A stretch of 64,000 bases of DNA from a virus (Duplodnaviria; Heunggongvirae; Uroviricota; Caudoviricetes): positions 169,278 to 233,277 of IMG/VR virus record IMGVR_UViG_3300042905_002309. One strand, 5' to 3'. Position 1 is the stretch's first letter, and every line of letters starts with the position of its first letter. A program made the position numbers and the translations under genes. Below are positions 49,936 to 57,408 of this stretch, piece by piece. The notes beneath the pieces were generated by a model. The model ran no database searches and had not been told where the DNA came from. It saw only the letters and a program-made list of their open reading frames with translations.

Positions 49936-50280
49936 ATGAAAATTCGAAGTGGATTTGTAAGTAATAGTTCAAGTAGTTCATTCATCGTACAGGCATGTGA
50001 TGTAGAACGTGCTAAAAGTATGGGTTTAACACTCATTTCAGTTAAAACTCTTAAAGAGTATAATAAAAAGCTTACAGAACTTGAAAACTCTAAAGCTGAG
50101 ATTATGAAGGATGTGCCTAGTTTTCTTGGTGGTGGATATAATTATTATGGATCACAAATTGATATCTTAGGTATTGATAATTTGGATGATGCAGATTTCA
50201 TTTCGGAGCCGTATGACCGTGATGAGGCGTATAGAAGTGGTATGGATGATTATTTTAGCACATTTTTGAGTGACTTGTAA
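49936..50280 (+). CDS. paralog 1 of the MKIRxGFVSNSSSSSF family (114 aa)
   Basis: SD AAGGAG upstream. N-terminus MKIRSGFVSNSSSSSF. 8-nt gap after the radical SAM gene. Confidence 0.8.
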   Translation: MKIRSGFVSNSSSSSFIVQACDVERAKSMGLTLISVKTLKEYNKKLTELENSKAEIMKDVPSFLGGGYNYYGSQIDILGIDNLDDADFISEPYDRDEAYRSGMDDYFSTFLSDL

Positions 50281-50288
50281 GGAGATTT

Positions 50289-51098
50289 ATGAAAATTAGA
50301 AACGGATTTGTGAGTAACAGTAGTTCTAGTAGCTTTGTGGTAGTATTACCTAAAAAGCCTGAATACTGTCAACAAGTTTATGAAATGTTATTCAATAGTA
50401 AGAAAGAGATAATCAAAGAAGAGTATTTAGGTGAATTGGATACTCATCAAATTTCAGAACTCGTATATAGGGATTTAGTCAATACTAAATTCAAGAGAGC
50501 TACGGTTCAAGAGGTTGCTGACTTATTTTCTGCACGTTATCATTATTGGATCAACGCTAATAGTCTCATGATGGATAATAAGGTCGTTGATAAAGACGGT
50601 GGAACCTTTTACTGTGCATCCAATAATTTTTGGGGTACTGATAAGAAGTTATTAGAATTATACAAACAATCCGTTATCAAATGTGACAAAAACTCCAAAA
50701 TGATTCAGAAACGTGCTAACGAAGTTGAAAAGAATGCACCGAATCGTGTTGAATATGCTTATAAAGACGGAAAGAATTATAAGGACGTACCTTATACTGA
50801 TACCCAAATTAAAGCCTATAAGAAATACGAAAAAGAACTTGACTTTTATCAGAAAAATGATAAAGTTTACAAAGATTTTATCAAATGGAGAGATAAGATT
50901 CATAGGTCTGATTGGGACTTGGAGCATAAATATCGCCATGCGTTAGCTAAAGTAGATGCCAAAGCATTTTTGAAGGCGTACAAGGGTAAGTTTGTATTCA
51001 CTACATCTTATTCAGATAATGATGGTTCAATTGGAGCCTTGATGGAGCATGGAAATATTTTTAGAAATGTCGAGCATGAGCGTATTAGTATGCATTAA
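50289..51098 (+). CDS. paralog 2 of the MKIRxGFVSNSSSSSF family (269 aa)
   Basis: SD AAGGAG upstream. N-terminus MKIRNGFVSNSSSSSF. Confidence 0.8.
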   Translation: MKIRNGFVSNSSSSSFVVVLPKKPEYCQQVYEMLFNSKKEIIKEEYLGELDTHQISELVYRDLVNTKFKRATVQEVADLFSARYHYWINANSLMMDNKVVDKDGGTFYCASNNFWGTDKKLLELYKQSVIKCDKNSKMIQKRANEVEKNAPNRVEYAYKDGKNYKDVPYTDTQIKAYKKYEKELDFYQKNDKVYKDFIKWRDKIHRSDWDLEHKYRHALAKVDAKAFLKAYKGKFVFTTSYSDNDGSIGALMEHGNIFRNVEHERISMH

Positions 51099-51109
51099 GA
51101 AAGGAAATT

Positions 51110-51409
51110 ATGAAAATTAGACAAGGATTTGTAAGTAACAGTTCTAGCAGTTCGTTCTGCATCTATGGTGCGTACCTTGGTGAAGATCGTGATGAAGCAG
51201 AAGCTATTGAAGCGAAGATTGGTGAACTTGGATTAAAATTAGAGGTTCATTATGGGGAGTATACTCGATGTGTTGGACGCTCATGGTGTTCTATCGGAAA
51301 TGATGAAACTGGTAAAGCATTCAAGGATGGTATTGATGAAGCTGTAACGAAACTTGGTCTTGATGCCAAAAAGACCACTACAATCGAAGAGTCTTGGTAT
51401 AACGGTTAA
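51110..51409 (+). CDS. paralog 3 of the MKIRxGFVSNSSSSSF family (99 aa)
   Basis: SD AAAGGAAA upstream. N-terminus MKIRQGFVSNSSSSSFC. Confidence 0.8.
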   Translation: MKIRQGFVSNSSSSSFCIYGAYLGEDRDEAEAIEAKIGELGLKLEVHYGEYTRCVGRSWCSIGNDETGKAFKDGIDEAVTKLGLDAKKTTTIEESWYNG

Positions 51410-51418
51410 GGAGAAATT

Positions 51419-51796
51419 ATGAAAATTAGAAACGGATTTGTGAGTAATAGTAGTTCAAGTAGTTTTTGTATCTTTGGTGTCGAGTTGACCGAAAAGGAAT
51501 ACAAAGCACTTATAGCAAAAGAAATTGCTGCAATGAAAGAAGAAGAGGGTGAAGATTTTGATGAAGAAAGTTGCGATATCCAAGATATGCTTTCAGAATG
51601 CGCCTATATTAAAAAGAATAAGTTAGATATAGTATCAACGTCCTTGGATGGTGTCAGTCTTTGTATTGGATTAGATTTATCAGATTCTTCATTAAAAGGT
51701 GAAAAACTTATTATTGAACTTACCAGAATTCATAATATTTTAAATCGTGATTATTCCCATGAGGTAGAAATCTTTTCGGGTGAGACTTATAATTAA
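51419..51796 (+). CDS. paralog 4 of the MKIRxGFVSNSSSSSF family (125 aa)
   Basis: SD AAGGAG upstream. N-terminus MKIRNGFVSNSSSSSFC. Confidence 0.8.
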   Translation: MKIRNGFVSNSSSSSFCIFGVELTEKEYKALIAKEIAAMKEEEGEDFDEESCDIQDMLSECAYIKKNKLDIVSTSLDGVSLCIGLDLSDSSLKGEKLIIELTRIHNILNRDYSHEVEIFSGETYN

Positions 51797-51805
51797 GGAA
51801 TAAAT

Positions 51806-52138
51806 ATGAAAATTAGAAACGGTTTTGTAAGTAATAGTAGCAGTTCTTCATTTATTTGTTCAGTCTGTGGTGAATCTGAAACATATTATGATGGGCTTGA
51901 AGAAGCGGGTGCAATACAGTGTGAAGGTCAATGGCATATTTTCCACGAGGATTGTGTCAAGAAATTTGATCTTGAATTTACGGAAGACCGTAATTATGGT
52001 AAATGTGTGACAAGAGCTAGTTGTCCTATTTGTAATCTTTCGGTTCTTCCAGACAGTGACGAGTTGACATTCTTACGTGAAAAGTATAAGATGTCTAAAG
52101 ATGAGATTCTAACAGAGTTACGTAAAACGAAAGGTTAA
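51806..52138 (+). CDS. paralog 5 of the MKIRxGFVSNSSSSSF family (110 aa, Cys-rich, zinc-ribbon-like)
   Basis: SD AAGGAA upstream. N-terminus MKIRNGFVSNSSSSSFICSVCG, later CPICN. Confidence 0.8.
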   Translation: MKIRNGFVSNSSSSSFICSVCGESETYYDGLEEAGAIQCEGQWHIFHEDCVKKFDLEFTEDRNYGKCVTRASCPICNLSVLPDSDELTFLREKYKMSKDEILTELRKTKG

Positions 52139-52139
52139 T

Positions 52140-52484
52140 ATGAGTTTTGTACTAATCAGTTGGGTATTATTTCTACATTTTGTATTTGACTTTATGTGTC
52201 AAACCGACAAGATGGCAATTAATAAGAGTAAGTCGTTTAAATGGCTTTTTACACATACCAGTGTATACAGTCTTATGGCTTTTCTCGTGGGATTACCTTT
52301 TCCATTAGCTATAGGATTCTACTTATACCTCTTTGTTACTCATAGTATCATTGATGGTATCACCTCACGTATAACTTCATACTTGTGGGTGAAAGAACAG
52401 CGTCATTGGTTCTTTGTAACGATTGGATTTGACCAGTGGTTGCATTATGTGACAATCTTCTGGTTCTTGAGTAAAGTCATATGA
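52140..52484 (+). CDS. polytopic membrane protein (DUF3307-like)
   Basis: H..FDF..Q.D..A..K pattern plus 3-4 TM segments. The family assignment is from memory. Confidence 0.5.
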   Translation: MSFVLISWVLFLHFVFDFMCQTDKMAINKSKSFKWLFTHTSVYSLMAFLVGLPFPLAIGFYLYLFVTHSIIDGITSRITSYLWVKEQRHWFFVTIGFDQWLHYVTIFWFLSKVI

Positions 52485-53029
52485 ATAAAGTTGATGTAAA
52501 AAATTATATCGATCCATCTTGGGATGTTTCTGATATTGTAGTGGAAGCATCTCAAGAGTTGGTTGATAAATGGTTGCCTATGATGAATTATAGTTCTGAT
52601 TCGTGGAGAAACTTTCATTTTACTGAACAAGATATTACATCACATAGAGATGAAACCAAATATTATGGTAACAAATATAAATTACCATCTGTAGATTTAA
52701 AAGATAGATTAGAAGTTTCAAAAAATCTAGAATTTTTGGAGTTGGTATATAAAGCTAATTATAAAGAATGTGGATTCACCTATAAAGTCCGATGGGCAGT
52801 GATGAATTATAGGGGAGATTGTACTAAACGACTACATACTGATGCAGAAGCGTATAAATTGAATGTTAAAGAAACCATAGACTTAATTAATTATAATAAA
52901 AATTCGATCAACATAATATCTTCTGATATAGAGTACAAACAACGTGAATTGTTGCACACACAAGACGCATTAAAAAGATTTGAAGAAGCGTTAATTAGAT
53001 TAAAAGAACAAGAAAAGGATTATGAATGA
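52481..53029 (+). CDS. hypothetical protein
   Basis: ATGA overlap with the upstream gene. Confidence 0.6.
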   Translation: MNKVDVKNYIDPSWDVSDIVVEASQELVDKWLPMMNYSSDSWRNFHFTEQDITSHRDETKYYGNKYKLPSVDLKDRLEVSKNLEFLELVYKANYKECGFTYKVRWAVMNYRGDCTKRLHTDAEAYKLNVKETIDLINYNKNSINIISSDIEYKQRELLHTQDALKRFEEALIRLKEQEKDYE

Positions 53030-53562
53030 GTAAAACAATTGTAGTAAATTTATTTGCAGGTCCGGGAACTGGTAAATCAACCACTATGGCAGGTGTGTTC
53101 AGTGAGTTGAAATTGCGTGGCATTAACTGTGAAATGGCTCCTGAATTTGCCAAGGAAAAGGTTTGGGAAGGCTCATTAGGCATCCTTGAGAACCAGATTT
53201 ATATCTTTGGTAAGCAGTTACACGCTATTCATCGACTATTGGGAAAGGTTGATGTGATTATTACAGATTCACCCTTGCTATTATCATTGGTTTATGGTAA
53301 ACATGAAACTGAAACTTTTAAGAAGTTTGTATTAGAGGTGTTTCATAGACAGAATAATGTCAACTATTTCTTGGAACGTAAAAAGGCTTACAATCCTTCT
53401 GGGCGATTACAGACAGAGGAACAAGCGAAGGGTATTGATCGTACTGTATATGATCTTTTAATGGCAAATGATGTACCATTCTTTAAGATTCCAAGTTGTA
53501 AAGATTCTTTTAGTGTGATTGCTAACGATGTAGAAGAAATGATGAAGGTTCGACATGGATAA
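53026..53562 (+). CDS. P-loop NTPase/kinase-like protein
   Basis: Walker A GPGTGKST. Walker B-like VIITDSP. Confidence 0.55.
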   Translation: MSKTIVVNLFAGPGTGKSTTMAGVFSELKLRGINCEMAPEFAKEKVWEGSLGILENQIYIFGKQLHAIHRLLGKVDVIITDSPLLLSLVYGKHETETFKKFVLEVFHRQNNVNYFLERKKAYNPSGRLQTEEQAKGIDRTVYDLLMANDVPFFKIPSCKDSFSVIANDVEEMMKVRHG

Positions 53563-54166
53563 TGATATAAATGTTATGAAAATCAAGCTTTTACACCCTG
53601 ACGCAAAATGTCCAGTACAGGCGCATCCAAATTCAGACGCAGGTTATGATGTGTTTGCTATCGATGATGGTGTAGAAAAAATAGAGATTAGAAGGGAATA
53701 TATAGCTGATAATCCAGTCGCCAACGTAAGAGAAATTTTCATATACAGAGAGTATCGTACTGGATTGGCTATAGAATTACCTATTGGTTATCATTGTGAA
53801 TTATTTCCACGTTCATCTATTACTAAAATGGATTTAATGTTGAAAAATTCCATTGGATTAATTGATAATGAATATCGTGGTGAATTGATATTCAGGTTTC
53901 ACCAGTTTCCAATGGTAAATGGTACAAATTCTGTTTACAAAAAGGGTGATAGGATTGGTCAAATTGTCTTGAGAAAGACTATCCATATGCCTATAATGGT
54001 TGTCGATGAATTAAGCGATACGAGTCGTGGTACAGGTGGATTTGGTAGTAGTACAGGTGAATTCCATATCGTGGCAGGTGCTACAAACGTGGGTAAAAGT
54101 TGTTTTAAAAGTGAAGAAGTGAATCCGATTTATAAATCAATTGGTGTAGATACAAGGATGATATAA
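53555..54166 (+). CDS. dut: dUTPase (trimeric type) with a C-terminal extension of about 35 aa
   Basis: AGYDV, PRSS, GLIDNEYRGE, GDRIGQ and RGTGGFGSSTG motifs. Confidence 0.82.
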   Translation: MDNDINVMKIKLLHPDAKCPVQAHPNSDAGYDVFAIDDGVEKIEIRREYIADNPVANVREIFIYREYRTGLAIELPIGYHCELFPRSSITKMDLMLKNSIGLIDNEYRGELIFRFHQFPMVNGTNSVYKKGDRIGQIVLRKTIHMPIMVVDELSDTSRGTGGFGSSTGEFHIVAGATNVGKSCFKSEEVNPIYKSIGVDTRMI

Positions 54167-54168
54167 TT

Positions 54169-54687
54169 ATGAAATACAAAAGTGAATTATTAGGTGCAAC
54201 AGTTTATCCTGAATTAGATGTAATATTCTTCTACGGGGGAATCTTCTCACAATGGGCAGAATGTAAGTTCCATTGTACAGCATTAAACCTTGAAGTGAAT
54301 TGTGCTGAACAAGCGATGATGCTTCATAAGGCAAAATTCTTTAAAGATCAGGAAATCTATGATGCCATTCTTGCAACAGATCATCCTAGAGATCAAAAGG
54401 CTTTAGGTCGTATGGTTAAGAATTTTGATCCTATGGCATGGGAAACGGTTGCATTTAATTATGTCAAAGATATCAATGTTGATAAATTTGGTCAAAATAA
54501 GGGATGGAAAGAATTGTTATTCTTGACTGATCCTTACCATTTGGTCGAAGCTTCTCCTACAGATAGAATTTGGGGTATTGGTATGGGTGAAGATAATCCA
54601 GATATTTTGAATGATACGAAATGGGGTAGAAACCTATTAGGTGAAGCTATTGTACAGGCTAGAGTAGAATTGATGTTTCCATCCTAA
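54169..54687 (+). CDS. NADAR (YbiA/DUF1768) domain protein
   Basis: FS.W...F......EQ.MM..KA.FF.D......I......P...K.LGR.V..FD...W ... LVEASP.DRIWGIG. Confidence 0.75.
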   Translation: MKYKSELLGATVYPELDVIFFYGGIFSQWAECKFHCTALNLEVNCAEQAMMLHKAKFFKDQEIYDAILATDHPRDQKALGRMVKNFDPMAWETVAFNYVKDINVDKFGQNKGWKELLFLTDPYHLVEASPTDRIWGIGMGEDNPDILNDTKWGRNLLGEAIVQARVELMFPS

Positions 54688-55099
54688 GATTAAGATAATA
54701 ATTAACAACTAAAAATTGTTTGTAATACTCAATGTCTTTTGGTGTAACACGGTTATAAGCAACCCACCCAAAGGCATTGAGTACTTGTGTCATAACTTGA
54801 CGCTTACCCCAAGCAATATCATTACGCTTACAAAGATCGTACCAAACATCATTAGCCTTCATTACACCTACATAATGGGTGCGATAAAGGATGTCATGTA
54901 CAATTGCGGCAGGTAATATCTTACCATTAAAAGGTGTTTCGCCTATAATAGACCAAGCAAACCAAGGGATAGATGCCCCATCAAAAATAAAACCACGCTT
55001 TATAGTAATTTTACCTATAATTGTATCAATAGTGTAATCAGTTAAAAGATAAGCTTCTTTTTCACTAATAAAATAAATCTCTGGTGATGGCAAATTCAT
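54659..55099 (-). CDS. DUF1353-like protein
   Basis: FIFDGASIPWFAWS...AAIVHDILY. Confidence 0.5.
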   Translation of the reverse strand: MNLPSPEIYFISEKEAYLLTDYTIDTIIGKITIKRGFIFDGASIPWFAWSIIGETPFNGKILPAAIVHDILYRTHYVGVMKANDVWYDLCKRNDIAWGKRQVMTQVLNAFGWVAYNRVTPKDIEYYKQFLVVNYYLNLRMETSILL

Positions 55100-55119
55100 G
55101 ATCCGTACCTTTCAATTAT

Positions 55120-55446
55120 TTATAACTGCTTCACAAAAAGTTTCAAAATAGTTATAACTTCTTCCATAGTAATGTAATGCTTAATAACCTTTTCTGACTT
55201 AATTACCTTAGTTTCAGTCCAATCCTTATGTAAATAATGCACCATCTCGTGTAAGAGTGTAGGGATTACATCATAGAATGCTGCTAGTGTGATCGTTTCC
55301 TCGTCATAAAAGCCTGTAATGCCTTTTAAATGCTTCTTGAATACGAAGTCAGGCATATCATCTTTTGGTTGTTTTAAAGCCATTGTGATAGCCTTAATGA
55401 GGGTCTTAGCCTGTTTCTCTTTATCCTCTCGTGACTTAGCTTTCAT
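55120..55446 (-). CDS. small HExxH metalloprotease-like protein
   Basis: LLHEMVHYLH. Confidence 0.45.
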   Translation of the reverse strand: MKAKSREDKEKQAKTLIKAITMALKQPKDDMPDFVFKKHLKGITGFYDEETITLAAFYDVIPTLLHEMVHYLHKDWTETKVIKSEKVIKHYITMEEVITILKLFVKQL

Positions 55447-55464
55447 AATAGCCCTTTATAAGGG

Positions 55465-55896
55465 TTAATGCAAACTATCGTATACTTTACAGAATTCTTT
55501 GAAGGTCATTTTCTCCTTCAAGTTATAAATTTCTTTCATGTTAAAATTTTTATCGTATTGATCCTTGACAGTACTGGATAAATGTGGTTTAGTGTCCTTT
55601 AAGAATTTTTGTACAACTGGTGGGATTTTCTTCAAAGTTAATGGGTCGTACTTATAGCTTTTATGCTTCTTAGCGTCATGAATCATTGGTTTGGTACATT
55701 CGGGACAGTCTAAGCCATAGAGAAAGGTTTTCATATACATTCTGATGATTTTTTTAAGATCAGGTGTATTATAAGGCCAAGTTTCTACTCGTGCATCAGC
55801 ATCAAAGGTTATGCCACAATGTGGACAAGTTGTATCTGCAATCCAAGGCATTTCCTGGATCAATTCTAATTTTGTATATGGATTTAATATACGCAT
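55465..55896 (-). CDS. hypothetical zinc-binding protein
   Basis: CPHCG...CPECT motifs. Confidence 0.55.
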   Translation of the reverse strand: MRILNPYTKLELIQEMPWIADTTCPHCGITFDADARVETWPYNTPDLKKIIRMYMKTFLYGLDCPECTKPMIHDAKKHKSYKYDPLTLKKIPPVVQKFLKDTKPHLSSTVKDQYDKNFNMKEIYNLKEKMTFKEFCKVYDSLH

Positions 55897-56044
55897 AAAA
55901 GTATTTAGTATTTAAAGTTGGTGTTTTGGGGTATCGAATCACCCTTTAATAAATTTTCGTCTATAAATAGAGGTTGTAAATTACCCCAATGAAAAGCTAA
56001 AATTCTACCTGTATTATCATCCAATAAATCGTTCTTAACAAAGA

Positions 56045-56082
56045 AAGAAAAAGAGTCAGAACGTTAATCCTGACTCTTTTCT
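56045..56082. terminator. bidirectional rho-independent terminator
   Basis: AGAGTCAG/CTGACTCT 8-bp stem flanked by an A-run and a T-run. Confidence 0.65.
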
Positions 56083-56100
56083 AATATCTATCAAGGTTTC

Positions 56101-56892
56101 TTAGAATTCGCCTTGAATGTATAAACGTCCATGTTCAAGTTGGGATGTCCAAATACCCCACGTAGGTTGAGCACTAGCTTCAACAACCAAAGAAGTCTTA
56201 CCAACATCATCGGTAGCATATACACCATAGTAATAAGTTTCATCAGAATAAGCCGCAACTGTAAGATCAACTGCACTCATAGAAAGTGAAGTTGCTGTAT
56301 AAACGGCTGTACCCATACCAACGGCTGTCACAGGAGCCACAATGCTTTGTTCAACTGTTACTGTAACCCAATCAGCGGCGGGATTTGTCCAAGTTAAAGC
56401 CACTTGTTTATCACCTGCTGTAGCGGTTAATCCTGTAACAGGATCGGGGGCTGCTGAATCACCTAAAACAACAAGAACACCCGGATTAGATGTCATAAAA
56501 TTACCTCTATAAGATGAAGTTTCTGCACCTTGGGTAGTTCCAGCACTTATTTCTGCATAAGCTGTCATATAAGAAGATAATATAAGATTATCTGTATTTG
56601 CATGTAAATAGTCATTATTAACTGTTACTGTATAACCAATATACTCCGTTGTAGAACCATCTACAACTAGTGTGCGTGGCAATGCTGCACCAGATATAGT
56701 AAATGTATAAGCTGTTGGGCTAGAGGACACTGCATTCCCCATAGTCATTTCGTCTATTCGTACTGCCGTTACTGATGATACGCTAAGACTGTCTGTTAAA
56801 CCGAATCGTACTAATCCTTCATATGTCCCACTAGCACCATAGTTTAAAGATTGTCCAGAAATCACTTCCATTGTTGTTATTTGTATTGCCAT
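56101..56892 (-). CDS. fibronectin-type-III-domain protein (possible virion decoration or fibre-like protein)
   Basis: PDPVTGLTATAGDKQVALTWTNPA is a typical FN3 start. Beta-rich, Ser/Thr/Ala/Gly/Val-rich composition. Confidence 0.55.
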   Translation of the reverse strand: MAIQITTMEVISGQSLNYGASGTYEGLVRFGLTDSLSVSSVTAVRIDEMTMGNAVSSSPTAYTFTISGAALPRTLVVDGSTTEYIGYTVTVNNDYLHANTDNLILSSYMTAYAEISAGTTQGAETSSYRGNFMTSNPGVLVVLGDSAAPDPVTGLTATAGDKQVALTWTNPAADWVTVTVEQSIVAPVTAVGMGTAVYTATSLSMSAVDLTVAAYSDETYYYGVYATDDVGKTSLVVEASAQPTWGIWTSQLEHGRLYIQGEF

Positions 56893-56912
56893 AAAATTAT
56901 TCTCCTGTTTTC

Positions 56913-56941
56913 TTATAAGTATTTATCGAATTTGATTGCAA
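56913..56941 (-). promoter_or_regulatory. promoter for the minus-strand FN3 gene (TTGCAA, N17, TTATAA)
   Basis: Read on the reverse complement. Shares the palindromic TTGCAA -35 box with the divergent plus-strand promoter. Confidence 0.5.
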
Positions 56942-56963
56942 TTTTATGAAAATATGGTAAATT
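56936..56963 (+). promoter_or_regulatory. leaderless-type promoter (TTGCAA, N16, TG-extended TAAATT, ATTACAT, ATG 56971)
   Basis: Read directly from sequence. Confidence 0.5.
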
Positions 56964-56970
56964 ATTACAT

Positions 56971-57408
56971 ATGAACACACCAGAATACAAAATTTTAGCA
57001 GGATTATCCGTAGATGAGGTACAAAGGCTTGTAAATCAAGCTATTCAGGAAATTGGCAAAGAAGTAACTTTATTAGGGGGTATGGTAGCAGAAATATATC
57101 AAGGATTTCCACCTACGTACTATCAGACCGTTTTAATCACTAATAAATTTAGCGAAGCACTATTAATGGAAAATTTTGGCATAGGAATTGATTATAAACG
57201 AGAATTGCAACTTTTACACGAAGATAAAGAAAAGTCTACACCTTCTGCAAGTGATCCCTACCCTCTTGAAGTTTTAACCGAACCTATTAAAGAAGGTGTC
57301 ATTACTACTATTATACCAGATCATCTTAAAAAATCGAAGAAAAAGAAAGATGTTCCAAAGGTAATACACGAATCTAATCAACGAACACCTAATTCTTGGG
57401 ATTTATAA
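56971..57408 (+). CDS. hypothetical protein
   Basis: 145-aa ORF with no SD, starting at the predicted transcription start site. Confidence 0.55.
   Translation: MNTPEYKILAGLSVDEVQRLVNQAIQEIGKEVTLLGGMVAEIYQGFPPTYYQTVLITNKFSEALLMENFGIGIDYKRELQLLHEDKEKSTPSASDPYPLEVLTEPIKEGVITTIIPDHLKKSKKKKDVPKVIHESNQRTPNSWDL

Larger units (their letters stand above)
49926..51856 (+). repeat. five dispersed direct repeats of about 60 bp (SD plus first 16-17 codons of the paralogs)
   Basis: ATGAAAATTMGAARYGGNTTTGTRAGTAAYAGT... occurs at 49936, 50289, 51110, 51419 and 51806. Confidence 0.85.

Noticed and set aside
49936-51856. Regularly recurring repeats of about 60 bp that could superficially suggest a CRISPR-like or satellite array
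   Set aside because: The repeats are the SD plus the first 16-17 codons of five long ORFs. The spacers are 300-800 bp of coding sequence. The repeats differ at synonymous positions. This is therefore a paralogous gene family, not an array.
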